Shown: positions 13,020 through 25,140 of the stretch, one piece after another | Position numbering within the stretch: position 1 is the stretch's first letter | Layout of the letters: the number at the start of each line of letters is the position of its first letter | Source of the DNA: Callorhinchus milii | Lineage: Eukaryota | Direction: 5' to 3' | Length of the DNA: 64,000 nucleotides | Assembly (NCBI RefSeq): GCF_018977255.1 | Contig: NW_024704743.1 | Location: forward strand, 102,364,001 to 102,428,000 | Position numbers and translations under genes: made by a program | Notes under the pieces: generated by a model | Database searches by the model: none | The model's input: only the letters and a program-made list of their open reading frames with translations | Told to the model about the DNA's origin: nothing

Positions 13020-14530
13020 TCCTATTTTTGTGCTGCCAGGGAGAGCTGGCAAAACGTTGTGGAGAGAGATAAGGGCATTTTGTTCTTCTCTAGCTCATAA
13101 GTATTAAGCAGACTTAACTCTTTGAGTGCCTTCAGATGAGCCAATGTGTCATCTCCCTGTTCTGTCTGGAAGCATATCAGTGGGGCAGTAGGACCAGGAC
13201 CCGAGGGTCGATCCTGCCTACACTTCTCCAAAACCTTGTTAAGAATCCATCTATCATACCCAACAGTAGTCATAATATGCTCCTCAAGTCATCTAAAGTT
13301 CCTCCTCCAACTTTTGCATCTGTGGGTAGGGTTTTGTACAGGGGCAATGCTAAGGTTGCTAATAGCAATCCCTTATGCTCAACATCATTACACGTATTTA
13401 ATGTTGCTACGCGATTTACATAATCAAAATGCTCATAAGCATCTCTCTTTCCATCAGATCTTGGTTCTCCCTTTATCATTTGCTGCAACTGCATCATATC
13501 ATAAAGTATCTGTCTCCAACTTAACCTGCACTAAGGGACATATAGGAAATAGTTGTGGGTTTTCTACGATCCTGTCTCTTTCAGCTTCAAAGGGGGGATT
13601 GTCATTGTTATGATAGTGATGAGCCTCATCATACTAGAGAGTCCCAATCTATGCCCTCATCTCTCCCCTTTCCTGCTGTTAAAGGGGAGATGAAACCTCG
13701 CCTCACTTGTAACAGCTCCTTAAGCTTGTGAGTTTGATGTTGGCATGCAACATGTGATTCTGTTTTCCTTTGTCATTACAGCGTGTATTTTTACAGCAGC
13801 TTGCAGATTACTGTTCTTCCTCTTTAACAGCGCCACCTCAATTTCTAAGCCTTTCTCATCCCCATACCAAACCTGCGCCTGCCTTTTCATATTGACAGCA
13901 TGTGCCTGATAGTAATCAACATGTCCCTCTAGGCTATGTATCCTTTTAGCACGATTCCATTTCTTTCTGATTTCAATTCCATTGGTCCGTAACTCTGTCT
14001 GTCCAATGTCTTGGGACATCCTCCCGACGTGAAAGGCGCTCTACAAATGTAATTTTGTTGTTATTGTTGCTACCTATTAGCCCTTTCTTCTGCCATCGTA
14101 GCTTCCAGTTCTTCTAACCTGCTTTCTGAATTCCAAGCCCTTTCTTGGAATTCCTTTCAGGGAGTTTTGAGCCTTTGCTCCTGCCTCCCTACAAGTCACC
14201 TCAGACCTCTGAGCTTCCATTCTTAATTGCTCACGAGCAGTCACCAACCATTCTTTTGTGTTGCCTAGCTCCTTGGCTCCTCGCTGGGCAGTACTTACAC
14301 ATTTCTTTGTTTCTGCTTTGAGAGCGCTCACTCGCACTCTCTCAGCTTTCAGCTGACTATATTTTTTGGACAAGTAAAGACTTGAGTTTGATCTGTTTTC
14401 CCTTTCTTTTTCCCACGTAGCTCAGAATATATCTGACTATACGGGTCTAGGGAGCTCTTTCTCCACATACTGTTTCATCAATTCTTCCACACTTACATGC
14501 TTTAATCCTCCAATTGTACTAAACCCTTCT
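13020..14530 (-). pseudogene. Decayed gag-like ORF with coiled-coil N-terminal half
   Basis: Collinear minus-strand fragments downstream of the PBS. KYSQLKAERVRVSALKAETKK...AREQLRMEAQ and LEIEVALLKRKNSNLQAAV are heptad-like. A helical, capsid-like QLQQMIKGEPRSDGKRDAYEHFDYVNRVATLNTCNDVEHKGLLLATL follows. Interrupted by stops and an L2 tail at about 13995-14070. Confidence 0.55.
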
Positions 14531-14637
14531 TATTTTTAATCTCACAATTTAACTGAAATTCAAATCACTTTAAATTGATTATTTTCATGCGTTTCAACTT
14601 AAAAGATTTTGTACCTGTGAAACTCCAACACTTCAGG

Positions 14638-14655
14638 GTTCTTGTTCGGGTGCCA
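14638..14655 (-). promoter_or_regulatory. tRNA-Lys3-type primer binding site
   Basis: TGGCACCCGAACAAGAAC matches the canonical Lys3 PBS TGGCGCCCGAACAGGGAC at 15/18 positions and lies 3 nt after the LTR end. Confidence 0.8.
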
Positions 14656-15976
14656 ATTTGTAGGGTTACTGACACAAAATCTGAATTTGCTTTAATTAGT
14701 AAAGTTTAATAAAGATTAGGAAGATTATACATATCAAAGTTAGAAATGTTATGTAATCAAATTAAAGCTTATGACAGGTTAGTACAGTTCACTGCAATTT
14801 GACCATGCTTACGGCCCCCCCGCCACGGCTCAGAGTCAGTGCTCTGAGACCTTGCCCTGCGCAGAGAGCGCTATATTATTGCACATTGTTGTTTTGCAAT
14901 TAATTGATCGGATGACCTGTTTTTCACTTCCAGATCTTGATTAATTTGCTGCAAATTTTCCACATTTCTGTTGTTTAATCAAACATTTTTTAATAGATAA
15001 TAACATTCAGTAAACACAATGCAAATGGGTGGTGGTGGGAGTGGGGGGGCGGGAGGTTGGGGGGAGGGAGGGGGAACAGAAGGATAGAATATGCAGTTGT
15101 TTTTCTCGTTTACTTCAGAAAAGATTGTGGCTGAAATCTCCCCATCCCAGCTGCCTTTTTGGAAAACATTTTTTCTTTCTCTGACTTTTCAGAAATTAAT
15201 CAGTCTTTTCTTAAAAAAAAGTCCCAAGATTTTTTATTATGAAGCACAGCAGTCTGAATATGCTTTAATTCATTAGTCTATTCTTTATTCTTGAAAAGCA
15301 CAATTATGTTTATTCAAGGTGTACAATAATATCCACTCTGGTAGTATTTCTGGTGAGGGTACTGATTTGACACGTCAGAGTGTCTGAACGGAATAATAAT
15401 TATAAAATTTGGTATGGCACACTTCATGTCAGAAGACGTACCAAAGAGCTTCACAGGATATACTTTAAAGTAGACTAGTGCTGCGGGCTAATGAGGCAGC
15501 CAAGTTCCACAGAGCATTTCCCACAAACAGATGTGAAATGATTGACCAATTGTATTGGGAGATTGTTGGCCAGGACACCAGGAGAAACTCCTTTCACTTG
15601 TCAAATAGTGCTATGGGATCATTAATGTCCACCTGAACTAGCACATGGGACCTCAGTTTAACACTTTTTCCGAAGGACACTCAGTTCAGGAGATAGTTCA
15701 CTGAAGACCTCCTTTTATTGACCGCTGATGACCAATGTGCCTGTTCATTTTTATTTGGCCCTCTCCAAGCCTAAGGCCTGTGCCATTTTTCTTGGCTTCT
15801 TGGAGTCTCTCTCCTTTCCCTTTTAATACAATATTTATTGTATTGAAATGTGCTCTCTCTCCCTGGAGAGACGCACTCTGCTTACCTAATTCCGAAAAGT
15901 ATCAGTCGACTGTTGACAAGAGCTAAGGTTTGGGGACCCTAAAGTGTGCATTGGGGTAACTGCTGAAGTCTAACCC

Positions 15977-16320
15977 TGGAGTCCTGTAGCGAAGTGGTTA
16001 ACACAGTCTCCTCACAAGCAAGAGGATCTGGGCAGGGCGAAACCTTATGCAAGTGTCCTTACTCCACATGCCTCTGATTATCCAGCAGTAAGTAGGAAGC
16101 CGCTTGTTATTCAAGTGGTGGATCAGTTTCTAGGGATAGTAATCCTTTTTTAAAAAAATTATTTTGCCATGACTGTTTGTGGGACATTGCTGTGCGCAAA
16201 TCGCTGCCGCATTTTTCTCATAAAAAACAGTCAATTTACTTTACAGCTTAGTCTGTGAAGCGCTTTGAGACGTCTTGAAGACGTGATAAGGTGCTATATA
16301 AAATGCAAGAATTATTATTA
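15977..16320 (+). mobile_element. tRNA/Deu SINE
   Basis: TGGAGTCCTGTAGC head, Deu core, GAGACGTCTTGAAGACGTG-type tail, (ATT)n. A CR1 3' tail fragment follows at about 16328-16400. Confidence 0.85.
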
Positions 16321-17334
16321 TAATTACTGATCAGCCATATCTAATAGAATGGCGGAACAGGCTCGAGGGGCCAAAAAAGCCTACTCCTGTTCCCATGTTC
16401 TTCATTATTTTGCTACTGGAAACGGAATCCATTAACAATTTCTGGTTTGTCCATAATTCTTGTCACAATGATTACATTTGGCTATTGAGTCCAGAGCTGG
16501 AAGTCATTGCTCTGTCTGGTTCATAGAATCATTTACTTTTCTCCTTGTTTAATATTTCATACAATATTTTGGAGAAAAAAGCACAGCTCTTGACTTATCA
16601 AATTAAGAGCTTGGAAATTGGAATGCTACATTGCATCAGAGCATAGATGTAAGACATTACATATTCCCTGTCCATTATGTGATTGGACTGTATCTTTTAG
16701 AATGGATTTATAGGATAACACCCATGCTGCAGAGAATACAACAGTCATTATTTGGTGTCTGCCAAGCCACAGGCATTTTCATACCGAGCACAATTGAAAC
16801 AATACAAGTTATTTCTAACATGTTATAACATATCTAGATTGTTTTGGTTAGCCATAGTTTGATGTGATCGTATGTTATAGTTGTTCAATGTCGCACTTAT
16901 AATACAGGCAATTTAGAATGGAGAAAATGTGAGCTTTTATTTGCTTTAAGAATTCCAGTCAATGCTCAGGAACTGCACTCTGGGTATCGATCACCGCCAA
17001 GTGTTGTTCCTGTGAGTTGGCATGGCAGACACCCATGGGGAAGGAGTCCATGTTTGCATGATTCAGATTGTTAACAAATGACACAATTTGGACTCCAATG
17101 TTTAAATAGGAGACTCTTTTCTTCCTCAATGTCTTAATGTTTTATATCTTCTTTAACAAATGTCAATATCTGGCCTCCTGAGGAAAACATCAAAGTTGCA
17201 TAACACCTTACACCATACGGATGAAATGTGGTGACATTTTCTGTATCATTTTGTGGTTTTAATGAATTGAGGGGAATTACGGTCATTGTAGTAAATTTAT
17301 CATTATAGGGTTATGCTCTCCTGCACTAGGCACT

Positions 17335-20300
17335 ATGGCTGCCGCTTTGACCCGAGCCCCCTCACCCCCTCCCTTCCGCCCCCCTCCTCTCTCCCCCCAA
17401 ACCCTCCCCCCTCTGCATCTCTCCCGCTCTCTCCTCCTCTCTCTCCGTCCCTCTCGTCTTCTATCCCCACTTGACCCTCCCACAACCTCCCTCTGTTCCA
17501 GCCTGGGAATCCTCCGCCGGGCTCACCGTGGCACTCGGCGTTGGCTGTCCAGCAGCAGCCACACCGACTGCCCCATTCCCCACCACACTCGCCAGCCACC
17601 CCGGACACAGACCCGGGGAGTCAACCTCTCCTCCCTCATCCCCATTCCCCCCACCCCTGCCTCACAACCTGGACCCCCTCCCCTCCCACACACCCTTCTG
17701 TCAACCGCTCCCTCCACATCGGACTGCAAAATGTCCGCTCCCTCTGCAACAAGGCCCTGGTCATCAACGATCTCATCCTTGATGAGAACGTTGATATCAT
17801 GGCCTTAACAGAAACCTGGCTCACCCCAGGCGACACCTTCCCCCTCACGGAGGCCACGCCACCCGGCTACACCTCCCACCACATCCCCCGCCCCAACCGC
17901 CGTGGCGGTGGTGTTGCCCTTATCTCAAGGACACCACTTGCCCTATCCCCCTACTCCACTGGCTCTTTCCCCTCCTTTGAGCACCTCACCCTCTCCCACC
18001 CCTCATTCCTCTCCCTTAAAATCCTCCTCCTCTACCGGCCCCCTAAAACCTCTCCCACCTTCATCTCTGACATTTCAACACTCCTCACATCTCTTTGCCT
18101 CTGCTCTGATCGCCTCATCATCCTGGGCGACTTTAACCTACACTTCACACCCTCCTGCTCCATCTCCACAGACTTCTCTTCCCTGCTCTCCTCACTCAAC
18201 CTCTCCTTACACATAAACTCCCCCACTCACAGTCACGGCCACCCACTCGATTTGGTGATCACCCGGGGCCTCAGTGTCTCGGATGTCACTATTACCGACA
18301 AGGCCATCTCTGACCACTACTTCATCTCCTTCACCACCTCCACCCCCCTCCCCACCTCCACCAGACCCACCACCATCTTCTACCGCCCTTGGAAGAAGTT
18401 ACCCCCACAATCCCTAACCGATGCCTTGGAGTCCTCTGAACTCCTCTCCCTCTGGCCTTCAACCCTCACCGACCCCTCTTCTCCTCTCTCCCTCCTCCAC
18501 AATACCCTCTCCTCCACACTCGATACTCTTGCCCCCATCACTTCCCGCACTGTCTCCTACTCCCGCTCCTCCCCCTGGTACACCACCCACCTCCGCTCAC
18601 TGAAAAGCCAGGTGCGGGCTGCTGAACGCACCTGTGTCAAATCTGGCCTAACGGTCCACCGACAAATCTGGCTGGACCTCCTCAAAATTTACCGCTCCAC
18701 TCTAGCCTCGGCCAAGTCGTCCTTCTACTCCAGGATAATCCTGGAGGCGAAGAACAACCCCAGGCTACTGTTTTCCACCACAACCCGACTCCTCCGTCCC
18801 CCCCGCCACCCCGCGCAGGTCATCTCCTCCAACCTTCACTGCGAGGAGATGCTGGATTTCCTTGAATCCAAGATCAAGGGAATCCGCTCCGCGGTCACTT
18901 CCCCTCCAACTTCCACCCACCACCCACCCCTTCCCTCCCACACTCCGACTCCTACCCATCCTCCCCTACACACCTTCGTACCCGTTTCCCCACCCTCTGT
19001 CACTGAACTCATCCTATCCCTAAAACCAACCACCTGCTCCCTTGACCCCATCCCCACTCCACTCCTTATCTCCCAGCTCCACTTTCTTGCCCCACATATC
19101 ACTGACATCATCAACCTGTCCCTCTCCTCTGGCTCTGTCCCCATTCCATTAAAAACTGCCATCATCACGCCCACCCTGAAAAAACCCTCCCTTGATGCGT
19201 CGCAGCTATCAAGCTACCGGCCCATCTCCAACCTCCCCTTTCTCTCCAAGGTCTTGGAAAGAGTTGTCGCCTCCCAACTGCGCTCTTTCCTTTCCACCCA
19301 TTCACTTTTCGAACCCCTTCAGTCAGGTTTCCGTGCTGCCCATAGCACAGAAACTGCCCTGGTCAAGGTCACCAATGATATCCTGACCATCTGTGACCAG
19401 GGCTCCCTCTGTCTCCTCGTCCTCCTCGACCTATCGGCAGCATTCGATACGGTCGACCACGCTATCCTACTCCACCGCTTGTCCTCCCACCTCAACCTTC
19501 AAGGCACTGTCCTTGAATGGTTTAGGTCGTACCTTTCTCACCGTCTTCACTTTGTCTCGACGAATGGCTTCTCCTCCACCCCCCGTACTGTCTCATGTGG
19601 TGTCCCTCAGGGCTCTGTCCTCGGTCCCCTCCTCTTCACCCTCTATATGCTCCCCCTTGGTGACATCATCCGCAGACATGGAGTTAACTTCCACATGTAT
19701 GCGGATGACACCCAACTCTACCTTTCCTCCTCTACTCTCAACTCCACGACCACCGATGTCCTGACAGCCTGCCTGTCCGACATCGAGTCCTGGACGAGAG
19801 ACAACTTTCTTCAGCTCAACGTGCGAAAAACCGAGGCCCTCCTGATTGGCTCACGTCAGCGCCTCCGCACCTCAGGCGCTGACACCATCAGCATCCAAGG
19901 CTGCACTCTCCACCTCTCAAAGCCAGTCAGGAACCTCGGCGTTTTGTTCGACCCTGAGCTGTCCTTTCTCCCTCACATCCGCACCACAACTGGCACCGCC
20001 TTCCATCACCTCCGGAACATCGCCAGACTACGGCATTACCTCACCCCTCACGCTGCTGAAACCCTGGTCCACGCCTTTGTCACCTCAAGGCTGGACTATG
20101 GGAACTCTCTCCTCGCCGGCCTTCCCGGCACCTCCCTCCACAAGCTGCAGGTCATTCAGAACTCTGCAGCTCGTGTACTGTCCCGCACCAGGCTTTGGGA
20201 CCACATCACTCCCACCCTCGCTCGCCTCCACTGCCTCCCCATCCCCCAGAGGATTGATTTCAAGTTCCTCATCCTCACCTACAAGGCCATTCACGGCCTT

Positions 20301-20594
20301 GCTCCCTCCTACCTCTCCAACCTACTATCCCCCTACCTACCTGCCCGTACCCTCCGTTCCTCTGGCTCTGGTCTGCTCCACATCCCCCGCCCCAACCGCC
20401 CTACCATCGGTGGCCGGGCCTTCAGCCTCTCAGCCCCCAGGCTCTGGAACTCCATCCCCCAGTGCCTTCGCCTTGCTTCCTCCCTTTCCTCCTTCAAGGC
20501 CGGTCTCAAAACCTTTCTCTTTGACCGTGCCTTCAGCTCCCCTCTCGACTCTCTTCCCCCTCCTCGCTCCCTCCCTTCCCTCCCCTCACCCTGA
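17335..20594 (+). CDS. L2 APE endonuclease-reverse transcriptase, with one frameshift at about 17640-17700
   Basis: EN motifs [32 protein letters not shown] motifs [33 protein letters not shown]. The ATG at 17335 opens an L2-like N-terminus (GILRRAHRG...[12 protein letters not shown]) in a different frame from the 1017-codon ORF at 17541-20594. Confidence 0.9.
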
Positions 20595-20698
20595 CCATTT
20601 ACCCCCTACTTGCTCCCTCCCTTCCCTCCCCTCACCCTGACCATTTCCCCCCTCCTCGCTCTCTCCCTTCCCTCCCCTCACCCTGACCATTTCCCCCT
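20556..20698 (+). repeat. Three tandem copies of a 46-bp pyrimidine-rich unit at the L2 stop codon/3' UTR
   Basis: CTGACC recurs at 20591, 20637 and 20683. Confidence 0.9.
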
Positions 20699-20790
20699 GC
20701 TCGGGTCATGACCCAACTATGCAGCGCCTTGGGACGTCCTCCTGATGTGAAAGGCGCTTTATAAATGGAATCTTGTTGTTGTTGTTGTTG

Positions 20791-21265
20791 TAGGCTCTAT
20801 GAGCCGAATAGCCCCAGCCTTGCCCAGTTTCACTGGATACGTGTCCCTAAGAGGATCGAGTTCAAGATGCTCGTCCTCACTCTTAAAGCTCTCCACAGTC
20901 TTTCTCCTGCCTATCTCTGTGACCTACCTGCCTGCTTCCTCCGCTCAGCGGGCACTGGCCTGCTCCATGTCCGCTGGCCTGCCTGTTCCACCATCAGCGG
21001 TCAGGCCTTCTGCCTTTCTACCCCCAACCTCTGAAACTCCATCACGGAGACCTTCCAATTCATCAACTCACTTGCCTCCTTGAAGGCCTATCTCAAGATC
21101 TTTCTCTTTGGCCGTACCTTCGGTCATCTTCCCATCTTTACCACACTTGCCCTCCAGCCCCCTTGACCACAACCCCAGCTCAGGCACAAAGCCTTGACCA
21201 GTGCCTTGGGACATCTTCTCGGTGTGAAAGGCACTAAGATAAATGCAATTTGTTATTGTTGTTGT
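20791..21265 (+). mobile_element. Older L2 3' fragment split by the young L2 (its left piece is 17316-17331)
   Basis: Translates RLYEPNSPSLAQFHWIRVPKRIEFKMLVLT. Joining it to CTCTCCTGCACTAGGC restores L-S-C-T-R-L, compared with VLSRTRL in the young copy. Confidence 0.8.
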
Positions 21266-24200
21266 TTTTCTCCAGTCAGTAAGTTAAGATCCCTGTATGT
21301 ATGTAGAACAATGAATTGGCTAAAATTGCAAAATGGAGAAAGAAGTTCAACAATTTGCATCAATATTGTACCTTTTGCATCAGGAGGAAGGCTTACAACA
21401 AAAATACAACAAAATTACATTTGTATAGCATCTTTCAAGTCGGGAGGACGTCCCAAGCACTGGATTTAAATCGCTTCACACAACTGATAGGGCACTCGAG
21501 GGAAAGAGCTGGCAGGGGAGGACAGAAGATGACTGAAAGCACAGCCGAAGAGGTAATTCATAAGGCGAATACAAACAATATGTTTAACTACTTAAATTAA
21601 TTATAGTTGAAATAATTAAAAAAACTACAATCCAGAAAGAGAATAAGGATGAGACTATGTAATGACATTGTGATTTTTGTTTTGTCTTTTATTATGTTAA
21701 TACAAATCACAGATTAGTCGTAGTTTTGCATCTCCTTGATACCTTAGTGTGCTGACAGTCAGATCTTTCACAGTCTATGATTGAATGAATTTATAATCTA
21801 ATACTGGAATTATATATGATTCCCTGGTTTATGTACCTGAGGGAATGCATCTGGGTTCGCTCACAATCTGAAGATGTGACAGTATCTATGTGATGGTGTC
21901 TGAGGGAAGCTCTTTCCCCATTTTATGTGGAGCCTTGATCTTTTCCTACTTTAGATTCAAGGACTCAATTTTTTCATGGCTGCATTTCTGATTCATATTC
22001 ATTCAAGCACTTGTCTGCGCCTGCCAGGAGCTGGTGAGATATCATAAAGAAATGTTCACAGCTATGATAAAAAGGAAGTGATTTTAGATGGTTGAGGATA
22101 TTTGAAATTTATATGTAATATGTTAAATCAGATGTCAGCCTGTTTCAGTTAATAACACTTTTGCCTCTGAGTCAGAAGGTTGTGGGTTCCAGCCACATAT
22201 AAAAACTTTGGAGCTCATAGCCTAGATTGCCACTCCAGTGTAGTGCTGGAAAAGTGCTGCATTGTTGACAATGCCATTCTTCTGATGAGATGTTAAGTTG
22301 AAATCACATCTGCCTTTTATGCTGAATGTTAAAAGATCCCAAGGCATAATATGAAAAGAGAATGCATGGTATCAAATGCAAGGATTGTTATACTAATTCT
22401 ACACTTCAATTGCCTCCTTATAACTATAATAAAATAAATGATTACTAATTTCACCTTTTTTAGGGTCACTGGTAAAACTGACATTCTGCTCTTCAAGAGA
22501 TATAACATCAGAGCACAGAAAAACACCGAACATGATCCCTTAATCCAAAGTTTTGCTACCAGGAGTGAGATTCCTGAATTTCTGAAGGAAGAAGGAACCT
22601 GACTTTTTATAGGAATTCAGCATGTTGCACAGCATTTTGAATCACTTCACTAATAATGTTAAGTGGAGTGACTTATTTTGCTGGCAGATAGGTGTAGCAA
22701 CCATTTGCCCACAGGTAATGTCCCACAAACAGCCATCAGGTGAACGGTTAATTCATTTAGAGGATCTTTGGCTAGGAGACCAGCAGAGTCTCTTCTTTTT
22801 TCATAAAGTACGATTAATTATTCATGTCCACTTGATGAAGAGGGAGACAGGGCTTGGATTTGACGCCTCATCAGAAAGACCTCTGCCATTGCAGTACTTC
22901 CCTGGGGCTGCACTGCAATGTCATCCAGTGAGCTCTTGACAAGGTACTTGACTCCACAACATTCTGACCCAAAAGCAAGAATGCTACTGTCCGAGCAAAG
23001 CTGATATCCAGCATCACCAAAGTTATATACAATAGGTTATATACAGCCTGTTGAATAATATTACCAAATACATGGGAGAACAATGCTATTCTTTAGATTC
23101 TGTAGTTCTCAAATTAAATGCACAAGTCACAACTGTAGAAATTCATTAACTAGACATTACCGTTTTGTTACCACTTTTTACTCAGCCCAGATCCATCTTT
23201 TATACTTCCCCCCAAAAAATGCTAAATCCTGTCTTCCTGGCTCCAGAGAAAATGAACGCAGATGATATCTTTGGCATTGATTGAGTTTAGACAAATGGAA
23301 ATAGTTTGAACCGTGACTTAGCTGAGCAGGAATAGAATAATAGTGTTGCAGGATTTGATCTCAATGCAGTTGTGTACTGAAGTATGTGGATATGTTTGAC
23401 AGTACTCAATGTGATTCTATGATTGAAAGAATCCAATTGTAATTAGGCATTATTTTTATTCAATTATACGTTAAACAATGTGTTTGTGACCTAAAATATT
23501 TATGATGTGTTATTCCTTATTGTTCTTTTTCCATTTTGACTGGTCTAAGTTGTAAACAATGCTCCGATCTAATACGGGTACTGCAAGACTGTTCACTGTA
23601 TTCTGACATGCCTAATCTGCCAAGTCTATTATAATTCATTTCACAAGAGACAATATTAATTAGCAACTGTAATTCTGCATGGTTTCCCCAAAGGTAAACC
23701 ATTTATACTGCACATCAATTGGTGCATACTGTCATTTTGACAGTTTGCAATGCGAAAAGAATGCTTTTAGTGTTTTTTTTCCTTTTTTTTGTTGTTTCGG
23801 TCACTCTCCATCCCAGTAGCTAAGTGACATTGTTGGGGAATGTTGTACAGTAACTATAATTAAGACAAACCTGCCTAGCATTAAATATCAAGAATGCAAT
23901 TATTTCAGTTTTACTGTCCGTCTTCTGTGAATCATTACAGTTTTGAATGACCTCTGGTATATCTCCTGCCACACATTGAAATGTTGCTGTTCTTTCTGAT
24001 TTAAAGATGGCAAGTGTGTAATTAAGCATTAGCTGGTACATCACAGAAATACCTCAGTCAAAAAGGACTTTTTGATGATCATAGAATCAATCTTTAAATA
24101 AATGTAGTGCGATATTGTAAATCATCAGAATCTCTATTTTAAAAAAAAGTGGTGATCTCCAGGAAGGATGGGGTGGATGACTGCCCAGCTGTTGCTCAAT

Positions 24201-24479
24201 TTTATGTCCATTTATTGGCAAACAGAAGGCAGCAGGCCAGATGTTAGGCTGACTTTGAGTGATATTTACAACCATTCACAAAATCAGATGCAGCTTTAAC
24301 ATGTATGGAAGACAGCAATTGAGCCAACATTTGAGAGCGGATCCAATTAAGATCGACATGCTGTACAATCCAAATGGTGATGTGACGTATGACACTGGGG
24401 ATATAAATCACAGTGGGACTAGGAATTAATCTACACCAATTGACTAAAAGGTTCTGCAAAGAAACACGCCACTTGTGCA

Positions 24480-25140
24480 TCTATCAACAGCTGTCAGAGG
24501 AGGAGTGGATGGAAATGAGATGAAGGCTCATAAAAGGAGAGTATATAAAGGTCACCTTATGCCAGGGAAAGGTTATTTCTGCCAGAATTTATACAATAGA
24601 GCCATCCAATTCTTTCAGCTCGCAGGAAAACTTTCACAGAGTAATGTGCAAAGAGATGATTCAAGAGGTGTTCAGTTACTTCAAGTGCTCAGCTTATAGC
24701 TTTGAAAGTGGAGGAAGTCATGCATTTCCTGACTATCAAGTCATTTCAATCACAAATTTCTCCACTATTAGATTTGATAAATGATCTACTCCGTTTCCTA
24801 AGTTACCATATATCATATCCACCCATATTGAAGAGGTGCCAGATATACCATTCTGGAAGGTTGAAAGGTTCCACTTCCGCAAAAGTACAGAAGAGCAGTT
24901 TAGGAGTCCGTGATAATTTTGTACCATCGATTATTGTGTTTGGTAAACCACCTCCACATGGAGATAAGAAGAGTGATAGTCAGTTTGATGGCATACTTAA
25001 ATCATACAGACTTCCCATTCACTCAATATCCAGATTGTCTTTTGTTCCCTTAATAAGATTCTCATGGTGAATTGTCCAGCACCAAGGCTCAATACTGTTT
25101 ACCATTTGGCAGATGTTGGGTTGCTTGACAATGATAACTA
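24480..25140 (+). pseudogene. Second, heavily degraded Harbinger-like transposase remnant
   Basis: Fragments YQQLSEEE, ALKVEEVMHFLTIKSFQS and HSLNIQIV...NKILMVN occur in Harbinger motif order. Confidence 0.45.

Larger units (their letters stand above)
11175..14910 (-). mobile_element. Old, internally deleted LTR retroelement (ERV-like or Gypsy-like)
   Basis: Diverged direct repeats at 11175-~11430 and 14659-~14910, both ending CCCTACA on the minus strand. PBS at 14638-14655. Candidate polypurine tract GAGGAAAGGGGGA at 11431-11443. Decayed gag-like frames between about 13000 and 14530. Confidence 0.75.
17332..20790 (+). mobile_element. Near full-length young L2-clade LINE (single ORF)
   Basis: APE endonuclease plus RT ORF, 3' stem-loop and (TTG)n tail. 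5-bp TSD TAGGC at 17327-17331 and 20791-20795. Confidence 0.95.

Noticed and set aside
17283..20640. Many overlapping Pro/Ser-rich and antisense Gly/Glu-rich ORFs
   Set aside because: Shadow frames of the C-rich L2 coding strand. The same applies to ORFs at 8.3, 35.1, 44-45 and 53 kb.
20556..20698. CRISPR-like repeat array
   Set aside because: Head-to-tail units with no spacers, inside a eukaryotic LINE.
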